Source: Eledone cirrhosa
Lineage: Eukaryota
Length of the DNA: 64,000 bases
Direction of reading: 5' to 3'
NCBI GenBank assembly: GCA_964016885.1
Contig: OZ024742.1
Coordinates: forward strand, 373,240,001 to 373,304,000
Every line of letters begins with the position of its first letter. The stretch's first letter is position 1. Of the stretch, positions 1 to 14,699 are shown piece by piece. Below the pieces are notes generated by a model. That model ran no database searches and had not been told where the DNA came from. It saw only the letters and a program-made list of their open reading frames with translations. The position numbers and the translations under genes are program-made.

Positions 1-2123
1 TGATAGTCCCACAAGCCACATACCTCTGATAGTCCCACAAGCCACATATTAGTCTGATAGTCCCACAGGCCACATACCTCTGATAGTCCCACAAGCCACG
101 TATTAGTGTGATAGTCCCACAAGCCACATACCTCTGATAGTCCCACAAGCCACATATTAGTCTGATAGTCCCACAAGCCACATACCTCTGATAGTCCCAC
201 AAGCCACATATTAGTCTGATAGTCCCACAGGTCACATACTTCTGATAGTCCCACAAACCACATATCTCTGATAGTCCCACAAGCCACATATTAGTCTGAT
301 AGTCCCACAGGTCACATACCTCTGATAGTCCCACAAGCCACATACCTCTGATAGTCCCACAAGCCACATATTAGTCTGATAGTCCATCAAGCCACATACC
401 TCTGATAGTCCCACAAGCCACATACCTCTGATAGTCCCACAAGTCACATACCTCTGATAGTCGCACAAGTCACATACCTCTGATAGTCCCACAAGCCACA
501 TACCTCTGATAGTCCCACATGTCACATACCTACGATAGTCCCACAAGCCACATATTAGTCTGATAGTCTTACAAGCCACATACCTCTGATAGTCCCACAA
601 GTCACATACCTCTGATAGTCCCACAAGCCACATATTAGTCTGATAGTCCCACAAGCCACATATTAGTCTGATAGTCCCACAAACCACATAGTTCTGATAG
701 TCCCACAAGCCACATATAAATATCATAGTCCCACAAGCCACATACTGCTGATAGTCCCATAAGCCACATATTAATCTGATAGTCCCACAAGCCACATACA
801 TCTGATAGTCCCACAAGCCACATACCTCTGATAGTCCCACAAACCACATATTAGTCTGATAGTTCCACAAGCCACATACCTCTGATAGTCCCACAAGCCA
901 GATAATTGTCTGATCGTCCCACAGGTCACATATCTCTGATAGTCCCACAAGCCACATACCTCTGATAGTCCCACAAGCCACATACCTCTGATAGTCCCAC
1001 AAGCCACATACCTCTGATAGTCTCACAATCACATACCTCTGATAGTCCCACTAGCCACATACCTCTGACAGTCCCACAAGCTACATACCTCTCATAGTCC
1101 CACAAGCCACATACCTCTCATAGTCCAACACGCCACATATTAGTTTGATAGTCCCACAAGCCACATACCTCTGATAGTCCCACAAACCACATACCTCTGA
1201 TAGTCCCACAAGCCACATATTAGTCTGATAGTCCCACAGGTCACATACTTCTGATAGTCCCACAAACCACATATCTCTGATAGTCCCACAAGCCACATAT
1301 TAGTCTGATAGTCCCACAGGTCACATACCTCTGATAGTCCCACAAGCCACATACCTCTGATAGTCCCACAAGCCACATATTAGTCTGATAGTCCATCAAG
1401 CCACATACCTCTGATAGTCCCACAAGCCACATACCTCTGATAGTCCCACAAGTCACATACCTCTGATAGTCGCACAAGTCACATACCTCTGATAGTCCCA
1501 CAAGCCACATACCTCTGATAGTACCACAAGCCACATACCTCTGATTGTCCCACAAGCCACATACCTCTGATAGTCCCACAAGGCACATACCTCTGATAGT
1601 CCCACAAGCCACATACCTCTGATAGTCCATCAAGCCACATACCTCTGATAGTCCCACGAGCCACATACCTCTGATAGTCCCACAAGCCACATATTAGTCT
1701 GATAGTCCCACAAGCCACATACCTCTGATAGTCCCACAAGCCACATATTGGTCTGATAGTCCCTCAAGTCACATACCTCTGATAGTCCCACAAGCCACAT
1801 ACCTCTGATAGTCCATCAAGCCACATACCTCTGATAGTCCCACAAGCCACATACCTCTGATAGTCCCACAAGCCACATATTAGTCTGATAGACCCACAAG
1901 TGACATACCTCTGATAGTCCCACAAACCACATATTAGTCTGATAGTTCCACAAGCCACATACCTCTGATAGTCCCACAAGCCACATACCTCTGATAGTCC
2001 CACAAGCCACATATTAGTCTGATAGTCCCACAAGCCACATACCTCTGATAGTCCCACAAGCCACATACCTCTGATAGTCCCACAAGCCACATACCTCTGA
2101 TAGTCCCACAAGCCACATACCTC
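1..2123. repeat. Higher-order block duplicated at 9573-11695 (offset 9572)
   Basis: Identical ORF translations at 232/9804, 635/10207, 1081/10653, 1479/11051 and 1816/11388. Both copies carry a rare 25-bp monomer (1015-1039 and 10587-10611). The copies diverge at 2124 (a) vs 11696 (t). Confidence 0.92.
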
Positions 2124-2231
2124 AGATAGTCTCACAAGCCACATATTAGTCTGATAGTTCCACAGGCCACATACCTCTGATAGTCCCACAAGCCACATAT
2201 TAGTCTGATAGTGCCACAATCCAGAAAGCTC

Positions 2232-4770
2232 TGATAGTCCCACAAGCCACATACCTCTGATAGTCCCACAAGCCACATACTGCTGATAGTCCCACAAGCC
2301 ACATATTGGTCTGATAGTCCCACAAGCCACATACCTCTGATAGTCCATCAAGCCACATACCTCTGATAGTCCCACAAGCCACATACCTCTGATAGTCCCA
2401 CAAGCCACATATTAGTCTGATAGTCCCACAAGCCACATACCTCTGATAGTCCCACAAGCCACATATTAGTGTGATAGTCCCACAAGCCACATACCTCTGA
2501 TAGTCCGACAAGCCACATATTAGTCTGATAGTCCCACAAGCCACATACCTCTGATAGTCCCACAAGCCACATACCTCTGATAGTCCCATATGTCACATAC
2601 CTACGATAGTCCCACAAGCCACATATTAGTCTGATAGTCTTACAAGCCACATACCTCTGATAGTCCCACAAGTCACATATTAGTCTGATAGTCCCACAAG
2701 CCACATATTAGTCTGATAGTCCCACAAACCACATAGTTCTGATAGTCCCACAAGCCACATATAAGTATCATAGTCCCACAAGCCACATACTGCTGATAGT
2801 CCCACAAGCCACATATTGGTCTGATAGTCCCACAAGTCACATACCTCTGATACTCCCATAAGCCACATATTAATCTGATAGTCCCACAAGCCACATACAT
2901 CTGATAGTCCCACAAGCCACATACCTCTGATAGTCCCACAAACCACATATTAGTCTGATAGTTCCACAAGCCACATACCTCTGATAGTCCCACAAGCCAG
3001 ATAATTGTCTGATAGTCCCACAGGTCACATATCTCTGATAGTCCCACAAGCCACATACCTCTGATAGTCCCACAAGCCTCATACCTCTGATAGTCCCACA
3101 AGCCACATACCTCTGATAGTCTCACAAGCCACATACCTCTGATAGTCCCACTAGCCACATACCTCTGACAGTCCCACAAGCTACATACCTCTCATAGTCC
3201 CACAAGCCACATACCTCTCATAGTCCAACACACCACATATTAGTTTGATAGTCCCACAAGCCACATACCTCTGATAGTCCCACAAACCACATACCTCTGA
3301 TAGTCCCACAAGCCACATATTAGTCTGATAGTCCCACAGGTCACATACTTCTGATAGTCCCACAAACCACATATCTCTGATAGTCCCACAAGCCACATAT
3401 TAGTCTGATAGTCCATCAAGCCACATACCTCTGATAGTCCCACAAGCCACATACCTCTGATAGTCCCACAAGTCACATACCTCTGATAGTCCCACAAGTC
3501 ACATACCTCTGATAGTCCCACAAGCCACATACCTCTGATAGTACCACAAGCCACATACCTCTGATTGTCCCACAAGCCACATACCTCTGATAGTCCCACA
3601 AGGCACATACCTCTGATAATCCCACAAGCCACATATTAGTCTGATAGTCCCACAAGTCTCATACCTCTGATTGTCCCACAAGCCACATATTAGTCTGATA
3701 GTCCCACAAGTCACATACCTCTGATAGTCTTACAAGCCACATATTAGTATGATAGTCCCACAAGCCACATGCCTCTGATAGTCCCACAACCCACATATTA
3801 GTCTGATAGTCCCACAAGTCACATACCTCTGATAGTCCCACAAGCCACATATTAGTCTGATAGTCCCACAAATCACATACCTTTGATAGTCCCACAAGCC
3901 ACATATTAATCTGATAGTCCCACAAGCCACATACCTCTGATAGTCCCACAAACCACATACCTCTGATAGTCCCACAAGCCACATACCTCTGATAGTCCCA
4001 CAAGTCACATACCTTTGGTAGTCCTACAAGCAACATATTAATCTGATAGTCCCACAAACCACATACCTCTGATAGTCCCACACGCAACATATTAGTCTGA
4101 TAGTCCGACAAGCCACATACTTCTGATAGTCCCACAAGCCACATATTAGTCTGATAGTCCCACAAGCCACATACCTCTGATAGTCTCACAAGCCACATAT
4201 TAGTCTGATAGTCCCACAAGTCACATACCTCTGATAGTCCTACAAGTCACATACCTCTTATAGTCCCACAAACCACATACTTCTGATAGTCCCACAAGCC
4301 ACATATTAGTCTGATAGTCCCACAAGCCACATACCTCTGATAGTCCCACAAGCCACATACCTCTGATAGTCCCACAAGTCACATACCTCTGATAGTCCTA
4401 CAAGCCACATATTAATCTGATAGTCCCACAAGCCACATACCTCTGATAGTCCCACAAGCCACATACCTCTGATAGTCCCACACGCAACATATTAGTCTGA
4501 TAGTCCCACAAGCCACATACTTCTGATAGTCCCACAAGCCACATACCTCTGATAGTCTCACAAGCCACATATTAGTCTGATAGTCCCACAAGCCACATAT
4601 TTCTGATAGTCCCACAAGTTATATACCTCTGATGGTCCCACAAGTCACATACCTCTTATAGTCCCACAAACCACATACTTCTGATAGTCCCATAAGCCAC
4701 ATATTAATCTGATAGTCCCACAAGCGACATACCTCTGATAGTCCCACAAGCCACATATTAGTCTGATAGT
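2232..4770. repeat. Higher-order block repeated at about 16085-18620 (offset 13853) and about 21570-24080 (offset 19340, falling to 19312 after loss of one B monomer)
   Basis: Matching ORFs at 2673/16526/22013, 3181/17034/22521 and 4412/18265/23724. End coordinates are approximate. Confidence 0.88.
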
Positions 4771-7700
4771 CCCACAAGCCACATACCTCTGATAGTCCCA
4801 CAAGCCACATACCTCTGATAGTCCCACAAGCCACATACCTCTGATAGTCCCACAAGCCACATACCTCTGATAGTCCCACAAGCCACATATTAGTCTGATA
4901 GTCCCACAAGTGACATACCTCTGATAGTCCCACAAACCACATATTAGTCTGATAGTTCCACAAGCCACATACCTCTGATAGTCCCACAAGCCACATACCT
5001 CTGATAGTCCCACAAGCCACATATTAGTCTGATAGTCCCACAAGCCACATACCTCTGATAGTCCCACAAACCACATATCTCTGATAGTCCCACAAGCCAG
5101 ATATTAGTCTGATAGTCCATCAAGCCACATACCTCTGATAGTCCCACAAGCCACATACCTCTGATAGTCCCACAAGTCACATACCTCTGATAGTCCCACA
5201 AGTCACATACCTCTGATAGTCCCACAAGCCACATACCTCTGATAGTACCACAAGCCACATACCTCTGATTGTCCCACAAGCCACATACCTCTGATAGTCC
5301 CACAAGGCACATACCTCTGATAATCCCACAAGCCACATATTAGTCTGATAGTCCCACAAGTCTCATACCTCTGATTGTCCCACAAGCCACATATTAATCT
5401 GATAGTCCCACAAGCCACATACTTCTGATAGTCCCACAAGCCACATACCTCTGATAGTCCCACAAGTCACATACCTCTGATAGTCCTACAAGCCACATAT
5501 TAATCTGATAGTCCCACAAGCCACATACCTCTGATAGTCCCACAATCCACATACCTCTGATAGTCCCACAAGCCACATATTAGTCTGATAGTCCCACAAG
5601 CCACATACCTCTGATAGTCCCACAAGCCAAATACCTCTGATAGTCCCACATGTCACATACCTACGATAGTCCCACAAGCCACATATTAGTCTGATAGTCT
5701 TACAAGCCACATACCTCTGATAGTCCCACAAGCCACATACCTCTAATAGTCCCACAAGTCACATACCTCTGATAGTCCCACAAGTCACATACCTCTGATA
5801 GTCCCACAAGCCACATATTAGTCTGATAGTCCCACAAGCCACATATTAGTCTGATAGTCCCACAAACCACATAGTTCTGATAGTCCCACAAGCCACATAT
5901 AAGTATCATAGTCCCACAAGCCACATACTGCTGATAGTCCCACAAGCCACATATTGGTCTGATAGTCCCACAAGTCACATACCTCTGATAGTCCCATAAG
6001 CCACATATTAATCTGATAGTCCCACAAGCCACATACATCTGATAGTCCCACAAGCCACATACCTCTGATAGTCCCACAAACCACATATTAGTCTGATAGT
6101 TCCACAAGCCACATACCTCTGATAGTCCCACAAGCCAGATATTAGTCTGATAGTCCCACAGGTCACATATCTCTGATAGTCCCACAAGCCACATACCTCT
6201 GATAGTCCCACAAGCCACATACCTCTGATAGTACCACAAGCCACATTCCTCTGATAGTCTCACAAGCCACATACCTCTGATAGTCCCCTAGCCACATACC
6301 TCTGATAGTCCCACAAGCTACATACCTCTCATAGTCCCACAAGCCACATACCTCTCATAGTCCAACACGCCACATATTAGTTTGATAGTCCCACAAGCCA
6401 CATACCTCTGATAGTCCCACAAACCACATAGCTCTGGTAGTCCCACAAGCCACATATTAGTCTGATAGTCCCACAGGTCACATACTTCTGATAGTCCCAC
6501 AAACCACATACCTCTGATAGTCCCACAAGCCACATATTAGTCTGATAGTCCCACAGGTCACATACCTCTGATAGTCCCACAAGCCACATACCTCTGATAG
6601 TCCCACAAGCCGCATATTAGTCTGATAGTCCCACAAGTCACATACCTCTGATAGTCCCACAAGCCACATATTAGTCTGATAGTCCATCAAGCCACATACC
6701 TCTGATAGTCCCACAAGCCACATACCTCTGATAGTCCCACAAGTCACATACCTCTGATAGTCCCACAAGTCACATACCTCTGATAGTCCCACAAGCCACA
6801 TACCTCTGATAGTACCACAAGCCACATACCTCTGATTGTCCCACAAGCCACATACCTCTGATAGTCCCACAAGGCACATACCTCTGATAGTCCCACAAGC
6901 CACATATTAGTCTGATAGTCCCACAAGCCACATACCTCTGATAGTCCCACAAGCCACATATTAGTCTGATAGTCCCACAAGTCACATACCTTTGATTGTC
7001 CCACAAGCCACATATTAGTCTGATAGTCCCACAAGTCACATACCTCTGATAGTCTTACAAGCCACATATTAGTATGATAGTCCCACAAGCCACATGCCTC
7101 TGATAGTCCCACAAGCCACATATTAGTCTGATAATCCCACAAGTCACATACCTCTGATAGTCCCACAAGCCACATATTAGTCTGATAGTCCCACAAATCA
7201 CATACCTTTGATAGTCCCACAAGCCACATATTAATCTGATAGTCCCACAAGCCACACACCTCTGATAGTCCCACAAGCCACATATTAGTCTGATAGTCCC
7301 ACAAGCCACATTCCTCTGATAGTCCCACAAGCCACATACATCTGATAGTCCCACAAGCCACATACCTCTGATAGTCCCACAAGCCACATACCTCTGATAG
7401 TACCACAAGTCACATACCTTTGCTAGTCCTACAAGCAACATATTAATCTGATAGTCCCACAAACCACATACCTCTGATAGTCTCACACGCAACATATTAG
7501 TCTGATAGTCCCACAAGCCACATACTTCTAATAGTCCCACAAGCCACATACCTCTGATAGTCTCACAAGCCACATATTAGTCTGATAGTCCCACAAGTCA
7601 CATACCTCTGATAGTCCCACAAGTCACATACCTCTTATAGTCCCACAAACCACATACTTCTGATAGTCCCACAAGCCACATACCTCTGATAGTCCCACAA

Positions 7701-10611
7701 GCCACATATTAGTCTGATAGTCCCACAAGCCACATACCTCTGATAGTCCCACAAGCCACATACCTCTGATAGTCCCACAAGCCACATATTAGTCTGATAG
7801 TCCCACAAGTCACATACCTCTGATAGTCCCACAAACCACATATTAGTCTGATAGTTCCACAAGCCACATACCTCTGATAGTCCCACAAGCCACATACCTC
7901 TGATAGTCCCACAAGCCACATACCTCTGATAGTCCCACAAGCCACATACCTCTGATAGTCTCACAAGCCACATACCTCTGATAGTCCCACTAGCCACATA
8001 CCTCTGATAGTCCCACAAGCTACATACCTCTCATAGTCCCACAAGCCACATACCTCTCATAGTCCAACACGCCACATATTAGTTTGATAGTCCCACAAGC
8101 CACATACCTCTGATAGTCCCACAAGTCACATACCTCCGATAGTCCCACAAGCCACATATTAGTCTGATAGTCTTACAAGCCACATACCTCTGATAGTCCC
8201 ACAAGCCACATACCTCTAGTAGTCCCACAAGTCACATACCTCTGATAGTCCCACAAGTCACATACCTCTGATAGTCCCACAAGCCACATATTAGTCTGAT
8301 AGTCCCACACGTCACATATCTCTGATAGTCCCACAAGCCACATATTAGTCTGATAGTCCCACAAGTCACATACATTTGATTGTCCCACAAGCCACATATT
8401 AATCTGATAGTCCCACAAGCCACATACCCCTGATAGTCCCACAAGCCACATACCTCTGATAGTCCCACAAGCCACATACCTCTGATAGTCCCACAAGCCA
8501 CATACCTCTGATAGTCCCACAAGTCACATACCTCTGATAGTCCTACAAGCCACATATTAATCTGATAGTCCCACAAGCCACATACTTCTGATAGTCCCAC
8601 AAGCCACATACCTCTGATAGTCCCACAAGTCACATACCTCTGATAGTCCTACAAGCCACATATTAATCTGATAGTCCCACAAGCCACATACCTCTGATAG
8701 TCCCACAAGCCACATACCTCTGATAGTCCCACACGCAACATATTAGTCTAATAGTCCCACAAGCCACATACTTCTGATAGTCCCACAAGCCACATACCTC
8801 TGATAGTCTCACAAGCCACATATTAGTCTGATAGTCCCACAAGCCACATATTTCTGATAGTCCCACAAGTTATATACCTCTGATAGTCCCACAAGTCACA
8901 TACCTCTTATAGTCCCACAAACCACATACTTCTGATAGTCCCATAAGCCACATATTAATCTGATAGTCCCACAAGCCACATACGTCTGATAGTCCCACAA
9001 GCCACATACCTCTGATAGTCCCACAAGCCACATATTAGTCTGATAGTCCCACAAGTAACATACCTATGATAGTCCCACAAGCCACATACCTATGATAGTC
9101 CCACAAGCCACATACCTCTGATAGTCCCACAAGCCACATACCTCTGATAGTCCCACAAGCCACATATTAGTCTGATAGTCCCACAAGTGACATACCTCTG
9201 ATAGTCCCACAAACCACATATTAGTCTGATAGTTCCACAAGCCACATACCTCTGATAGTCCCACAAGCCACATATTAGTCTGATAGTCCCACAGGTCACA
9301 TACCTCTGATAGTCCCACAAGCCACATATTAGTCTGATAGTTCCACAGGCCACATACCTCTGATAGTCCCACAAGCCACATATTAGTCTGATAGTCCCAC
9401 AAGCCAGAAAGCTCTGATAGTCCCACAAGCCACATACCTCTGATAGTCCCACAAGCCACATACTGCTGATAGTCCCACAAGCCACATATTGGTCTGATAG
9501 TCCCTCAAGTCACATACCTCTGATAGTCCCACAAGCCACATACCTCTGATAGTCCATCAAGCCACATACCTCTGATAGTCCCACAAGCCACATACCTCTG
9601 ATAGTCCCACAAGCCACATATTAGTCTGATAGTCCCACAGGCCACATACCTCTGATAGTCCCACAAGCCACGTATTAGTGTGATAGTCCCACAAGCCACA
9701 TACCTCTGATAGTCCCACAAGCCACATATTAGTCTGATAGTCCCACAAGCCACATACCTCTGATAGTCCCACAAGCCACATATTAGTCTGATAGTCCCAC
9801 AGGTCACATACTTCTGATAGTCCCACAAACCACATATCTCTGATAGTCCCACAAGCCACATATTAGTCTGATAGTCCCACAGGTCACATACCTCTGATAG
9901 TCCCACAAGCCACATACCTCTGATAGTCCCACAAGCCACATATTAGTCTGATAGTCCATCAAGCCACATACCTCTGATAGTCCCACAAGCCACATACCTC
10001 TGATAGTCCCACAAGTCACATACCTCTGATAGTCGCACAAGTCACATACCTCTGATAGTCCCACAAGCCACATACCTCTGATAGTCCCACATGTCACATA
10101 CCTACGATAGTCCCACAAGCCACATATTAGTCTGATAGTCTTACAAGCCACATACCTCTGATAGTCCCACAAGTCACATACCTCTGATAGTCCCACAAGC
10201 CACATATTAGTCTGATAGTCCCACAAGCCACATATTAGTCTGATAGTCCCACAAACCACATAGTTCTGATAGTCCCACAAGCCACATATAAATATCATAG
10301 TCCCACAAGCCACATACTGCTGATAGTCCCATAAGCCACATATTAATCTGATAGTCCCACAAGCCACATACATCTGATAGTCCCACAAGCCACATACCTC
10401 TGATAGTCCCACAAACCACATATTAGTCTGATAGTTCCACAAGCCACATACCTCTGATAGTCCCACAAGCCAGATAATTGTCTGATCGTCCCACAGGTCA
10501 CATATCTCTGATAGTCCCACAAGCCACATACCTCTGATAGTCCCACAAGCCACATACCTCTGATAGTCCCACAAGCCACATACCTCTGATAGTCTCACAA
10601 TCACATACCTC

Positions 10612-13600
10612 TGATAGTCCCACTAGCCACATACCTCTGACAGTCCCACAAGCTACATACCTCTCATAGTCCCACAAGCCACATACCTCTCATAGTCCAA
10701 CACGCCACATATTAGTTTGATAGTCCCACAAGCCACATACCTCTGATAGTCCCACAAACCACATACCTCTGATAGTCCCACAAGCCACATATTAGTCTGA
10801 TAGTCCCACAGGTCACATACTTCTGATAGTCCCACAAACCACATATCTCTGATAGTCCCACAAGCCACATATTAGTCTGATAGTCCCACAGGTCACATAC
10901 CTCTGATAGTCCCACAAGCCACATACCTCTGATAGTCCCACAAGCCACATATTAGTCTGATAGTCCATCAAGCCACATACCTCTGATAGTCCCACAAGCC
11001 ACATACCTCTGATAGTCCCACAAGTCACATACCTCTGATAGTCGCACAAGTCACATACCTCTGATAGTCCCACAAGCCACATACCTCTGATAGTACCACA
11101 AGCCACATACCTCTGATTGTCCCACAAGCCACATACCTCTGATAGTCCCACAAGGCACATACCTCTGATAGTCCCACAAGCCACATACCTCTGATAGTCC
11201 ATCAAGCCACATACCTCTGATAGTCCCACGAGCCACATACCTCTGATAGTCCCACAAGCCACATATTAGTCTGATAGTCCCACAAGCCACATACCTCTGA
11301 TAGTCCCACAAGCCACATATTGGTCTGATAGTCCCTCAAGTCACATACCTCTGATAGTCCCACAAGCCACATACCTCTGATAGTCCATCAAGCCACATAC
11401 CTCTGATAGTCCCACAAGCCACATACCTCTGATAGTCCCACAAGCCACATATTAGTCTGATAGACCCACAAGTGACATACCTCTGATAGTCCCACAAACC
11501 ACATATTAGTCTGATAGTTCCACAAGCCACATACCTCTGATAGTCCCACAAGCCACATACCTCTGATAGTCCCACAAGCCACATATTAGTCTGATAGTCC
11601 CACAAGCCACATACCTCTGATAGTCCCACAAGCCACATACCTCTGATAGTCCCACAAGCCACATACCTCTGATAGTCCCACAAGCCACATACCTCTGATA
11701 GTCCCACAAGCCACATACCTCTGATAGTCCCACAAGCCACATATTAGTCTGATAGTTCCACAGGCCACATACCTCTGATAGTCCCACAAGCCACATATTA
11801 GTCTGATAGTGCCACAATCCAGAAAGCTCTGATAGTCCCACAAGCCACATACCTCTGATAGTCCCACAAGCCACATACTGCTGATAGTCCCACAAGCCAC
11901 ATATTGGTCTGATAGTCCCTCAAGTCACATACCTCTGATAGTCCCACAAGCCACATATTAGTCTGATAGTCCATCAAGCCACATACCTCTGATAGTCCCA
12001 CAAGCCACATACCTCTGATAGTCCCACAAGTCACATACCTCTGATAGTCCCACAAGTCACATACCTCTGATAGTCCCACAAGCCACATACCTCTGATAGT
12101 ACCACAAGCCACATACCTCTGATTGTCCCACAAGCCACATACCTCTGATAGTCCCACAAGGCACATACCTCTGATAGTCCCACAAGCCACATATTAGTCT
12201 GATAGTCCCACAAGCCACATATTAGTCTGATAGTCCCACAAGTCACATACCTCTGATTGTCCCACAAGCCACATATTAGTCTGATAGTCCCACAAGTCAC
12301 ATACCTCTGATAGTCTTACAAGCCACATATTAGTATGATAGTCCCACAAGCCACATGCCTCTGATAGTCCCACAAGCCACATATTAGTCTGATAGTCCCA
12401 CAAGTCACATACCTCTGATAGTCCCACAAGCCACATATTAGTCTGATAGTCCCACAAATCACATACCTTTGATAGTCCCACAAGCCACATATTAATCTGA
12501 TAGTCCCACAAGCCACATACCTCTGATAGTCCCACAATCCACATATTAGTCTGATAGTCCCACAAGCCACATACCTCTGATAGTCCCACAAGCCACATAC
12601 CTCTGATAGTCCCACAAGCCACATACCTCTGATAGTCCCACAAGCCACATACCTCTGATAGTCCCACTAGCCACATACCTCTGACAGTCCCACAAGCTAC
12701 ATACCTCTCATAGTCCCACAAGCCACATACCTCTCATAGTCCAACACGCCACATATTAGTTTGATAGTCCCACAAGCCACATACCTCTGATAGTCCCACA
12801 AACCACATACCTCTGATAGTCCCACAAGCCACATATTAGTCTGATAGTCCCACAGGTCACATACTTCTGATAGTCCCACAAACCACATATCTCTGATAGT
12901 CCCACAAGCCACATATTAGTCTGATAGTCCCACAGGTCACATACCTCTGATAGTCCCACAAGCCACATACCTCTGATAGTCCCACAAGCCACATATTAGT
13001 CTGATAGTCCATCAAGCCACATACCTCTGATAGTCCCACAAGCCACATACCTCTGATAGTCCCACAAGTCACATACCTCTGATAGTCGCACAAGTCACAT
13101 ACCTCTGATAGTCCCACAAGCCACATACCTCTGATAGTACCACAAGCCACATACCTCTGATTGTCCCACAAGCCACATACCTCTGATAGTCCCACAAGGC
13201 ACATACCTCTGATAGTCCCACAAGCCACATACCTCTGATAGTCCATCAAGCCACATACCTCTGATAGTCCCACGAGCCACATACCTCTGATAGTCCCACA
13301 AGCCACATATTAGTCTGATAGTCCCACAAGCCACATACCTCTGATAGTCCCACAAGCCACATATTGGTCTGATAGTCCCTCAAGTCACATACCTCTGATA
13401 GTCCCACAAGCCACATACCTCTGATAGTCCATCAAGCCACATACCTCTGATAGTCCCACAAGCCACATACCTCTGATAGTCCCACAAGCCACATATTAGT
13501 CTGATAGACCCACAAGTGACATACCTCTGATAGTCCCACAAACCACATATTAGTCTGATAGTTCCACAAGCCACATACCTCTGATAGTCCCACAAACCAC

Positions 13601-14699
13601 ATACCTCTGATAGTCCCACAAGCCACATATTAGTCTGATAGTCCCACAAGCCACATACCTCTGATAGTCCCACAAGCCACATACCTCTGATAGTCCCACA
13701 AGCCACATACCTCTGATAGTCCCACAAGCCACATACCTCTGATAGTCCCACAAGCCACATACCTCTGATAGTCCCACAAGCCACATATTAGTCTGATAGT
13801 TCCACAGGCCACATACCTCTGATAGTCCCACAAGCCACATATTAGTCTGATAGTGCCACAATCCAGAAAGCTCTGATAGTCCCACAAGCCACATACCTCT
13901 GATAGTCCCACAAGCCACATACTGCTGATAGTCCCACAAGCCACATATTGGTCTGATAGTCCCTCAAGTCACATACCTCTGATAGTCCCACAAGCCACAT
14001 ATTAGTCTGATAGTCCATCAAGCCACATACCTCTGATAGTCCCACAAGCCACATACCTCTGATAGTCCCACAAGTCACATACCTCTGATAGTCCCACAAG
14101 TCACATACCTCTGATAGTCCCACAAGCCACATACCTCTGATAGTACCACAAGCCACATACCTCTGATTGTCCCACAAGCCACATACCTCTGATAGTCCCA
14201 CAAGGCACATACCTCTGATAGTCCCACAAGCCACATATTAGTCTGATAGTCCCACAAGCCACATATTAGTCTGATAGTCCCACAAGTCACATACCTCTGA
14301 TTGTCCCACAAGCCACATATTAGTCTGATAGTCCCACAAGTCACATACCTCTGATAGTCTTACAAGCCACATATTAGTATGATAGTCCCACAAGCCACAT
14401 GCCTCTGATAGTCCCACAAGCCACATATTAGTCTGATAGTCCCACAAGTCACATACCTCTGATAGTCCCACAAGCCACATATTAGTCTGATAGTCCCACA
14501 AATCACATACCTTTGATAGTCCCACAAGCCACATATTAATCTGATAGTCCCACAAGCCACATACCTCTGATAGTCCCACAATCCACATATTAGTCTGATA
14601 GTCCCACAAGCCACATACCTCTGATAGTCCCACAAGCCACATACCTCTGATAGTCCCACAAGCCACATACCTCTGATAGTCCCACAAGCCACATACCTC
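10612..14699. repeat. Tandem duplication of a 2044-bp higher-order unit (10612-12655 and 12656-14699)
   Basis: ORF pairs 10653/12697, 11336/13380, 11798/13842 and 12031/14075 are all offset by 2044. Both units begin with the variant monomer TGATAGTCCCACTAGCC. Confidence 0.92.
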
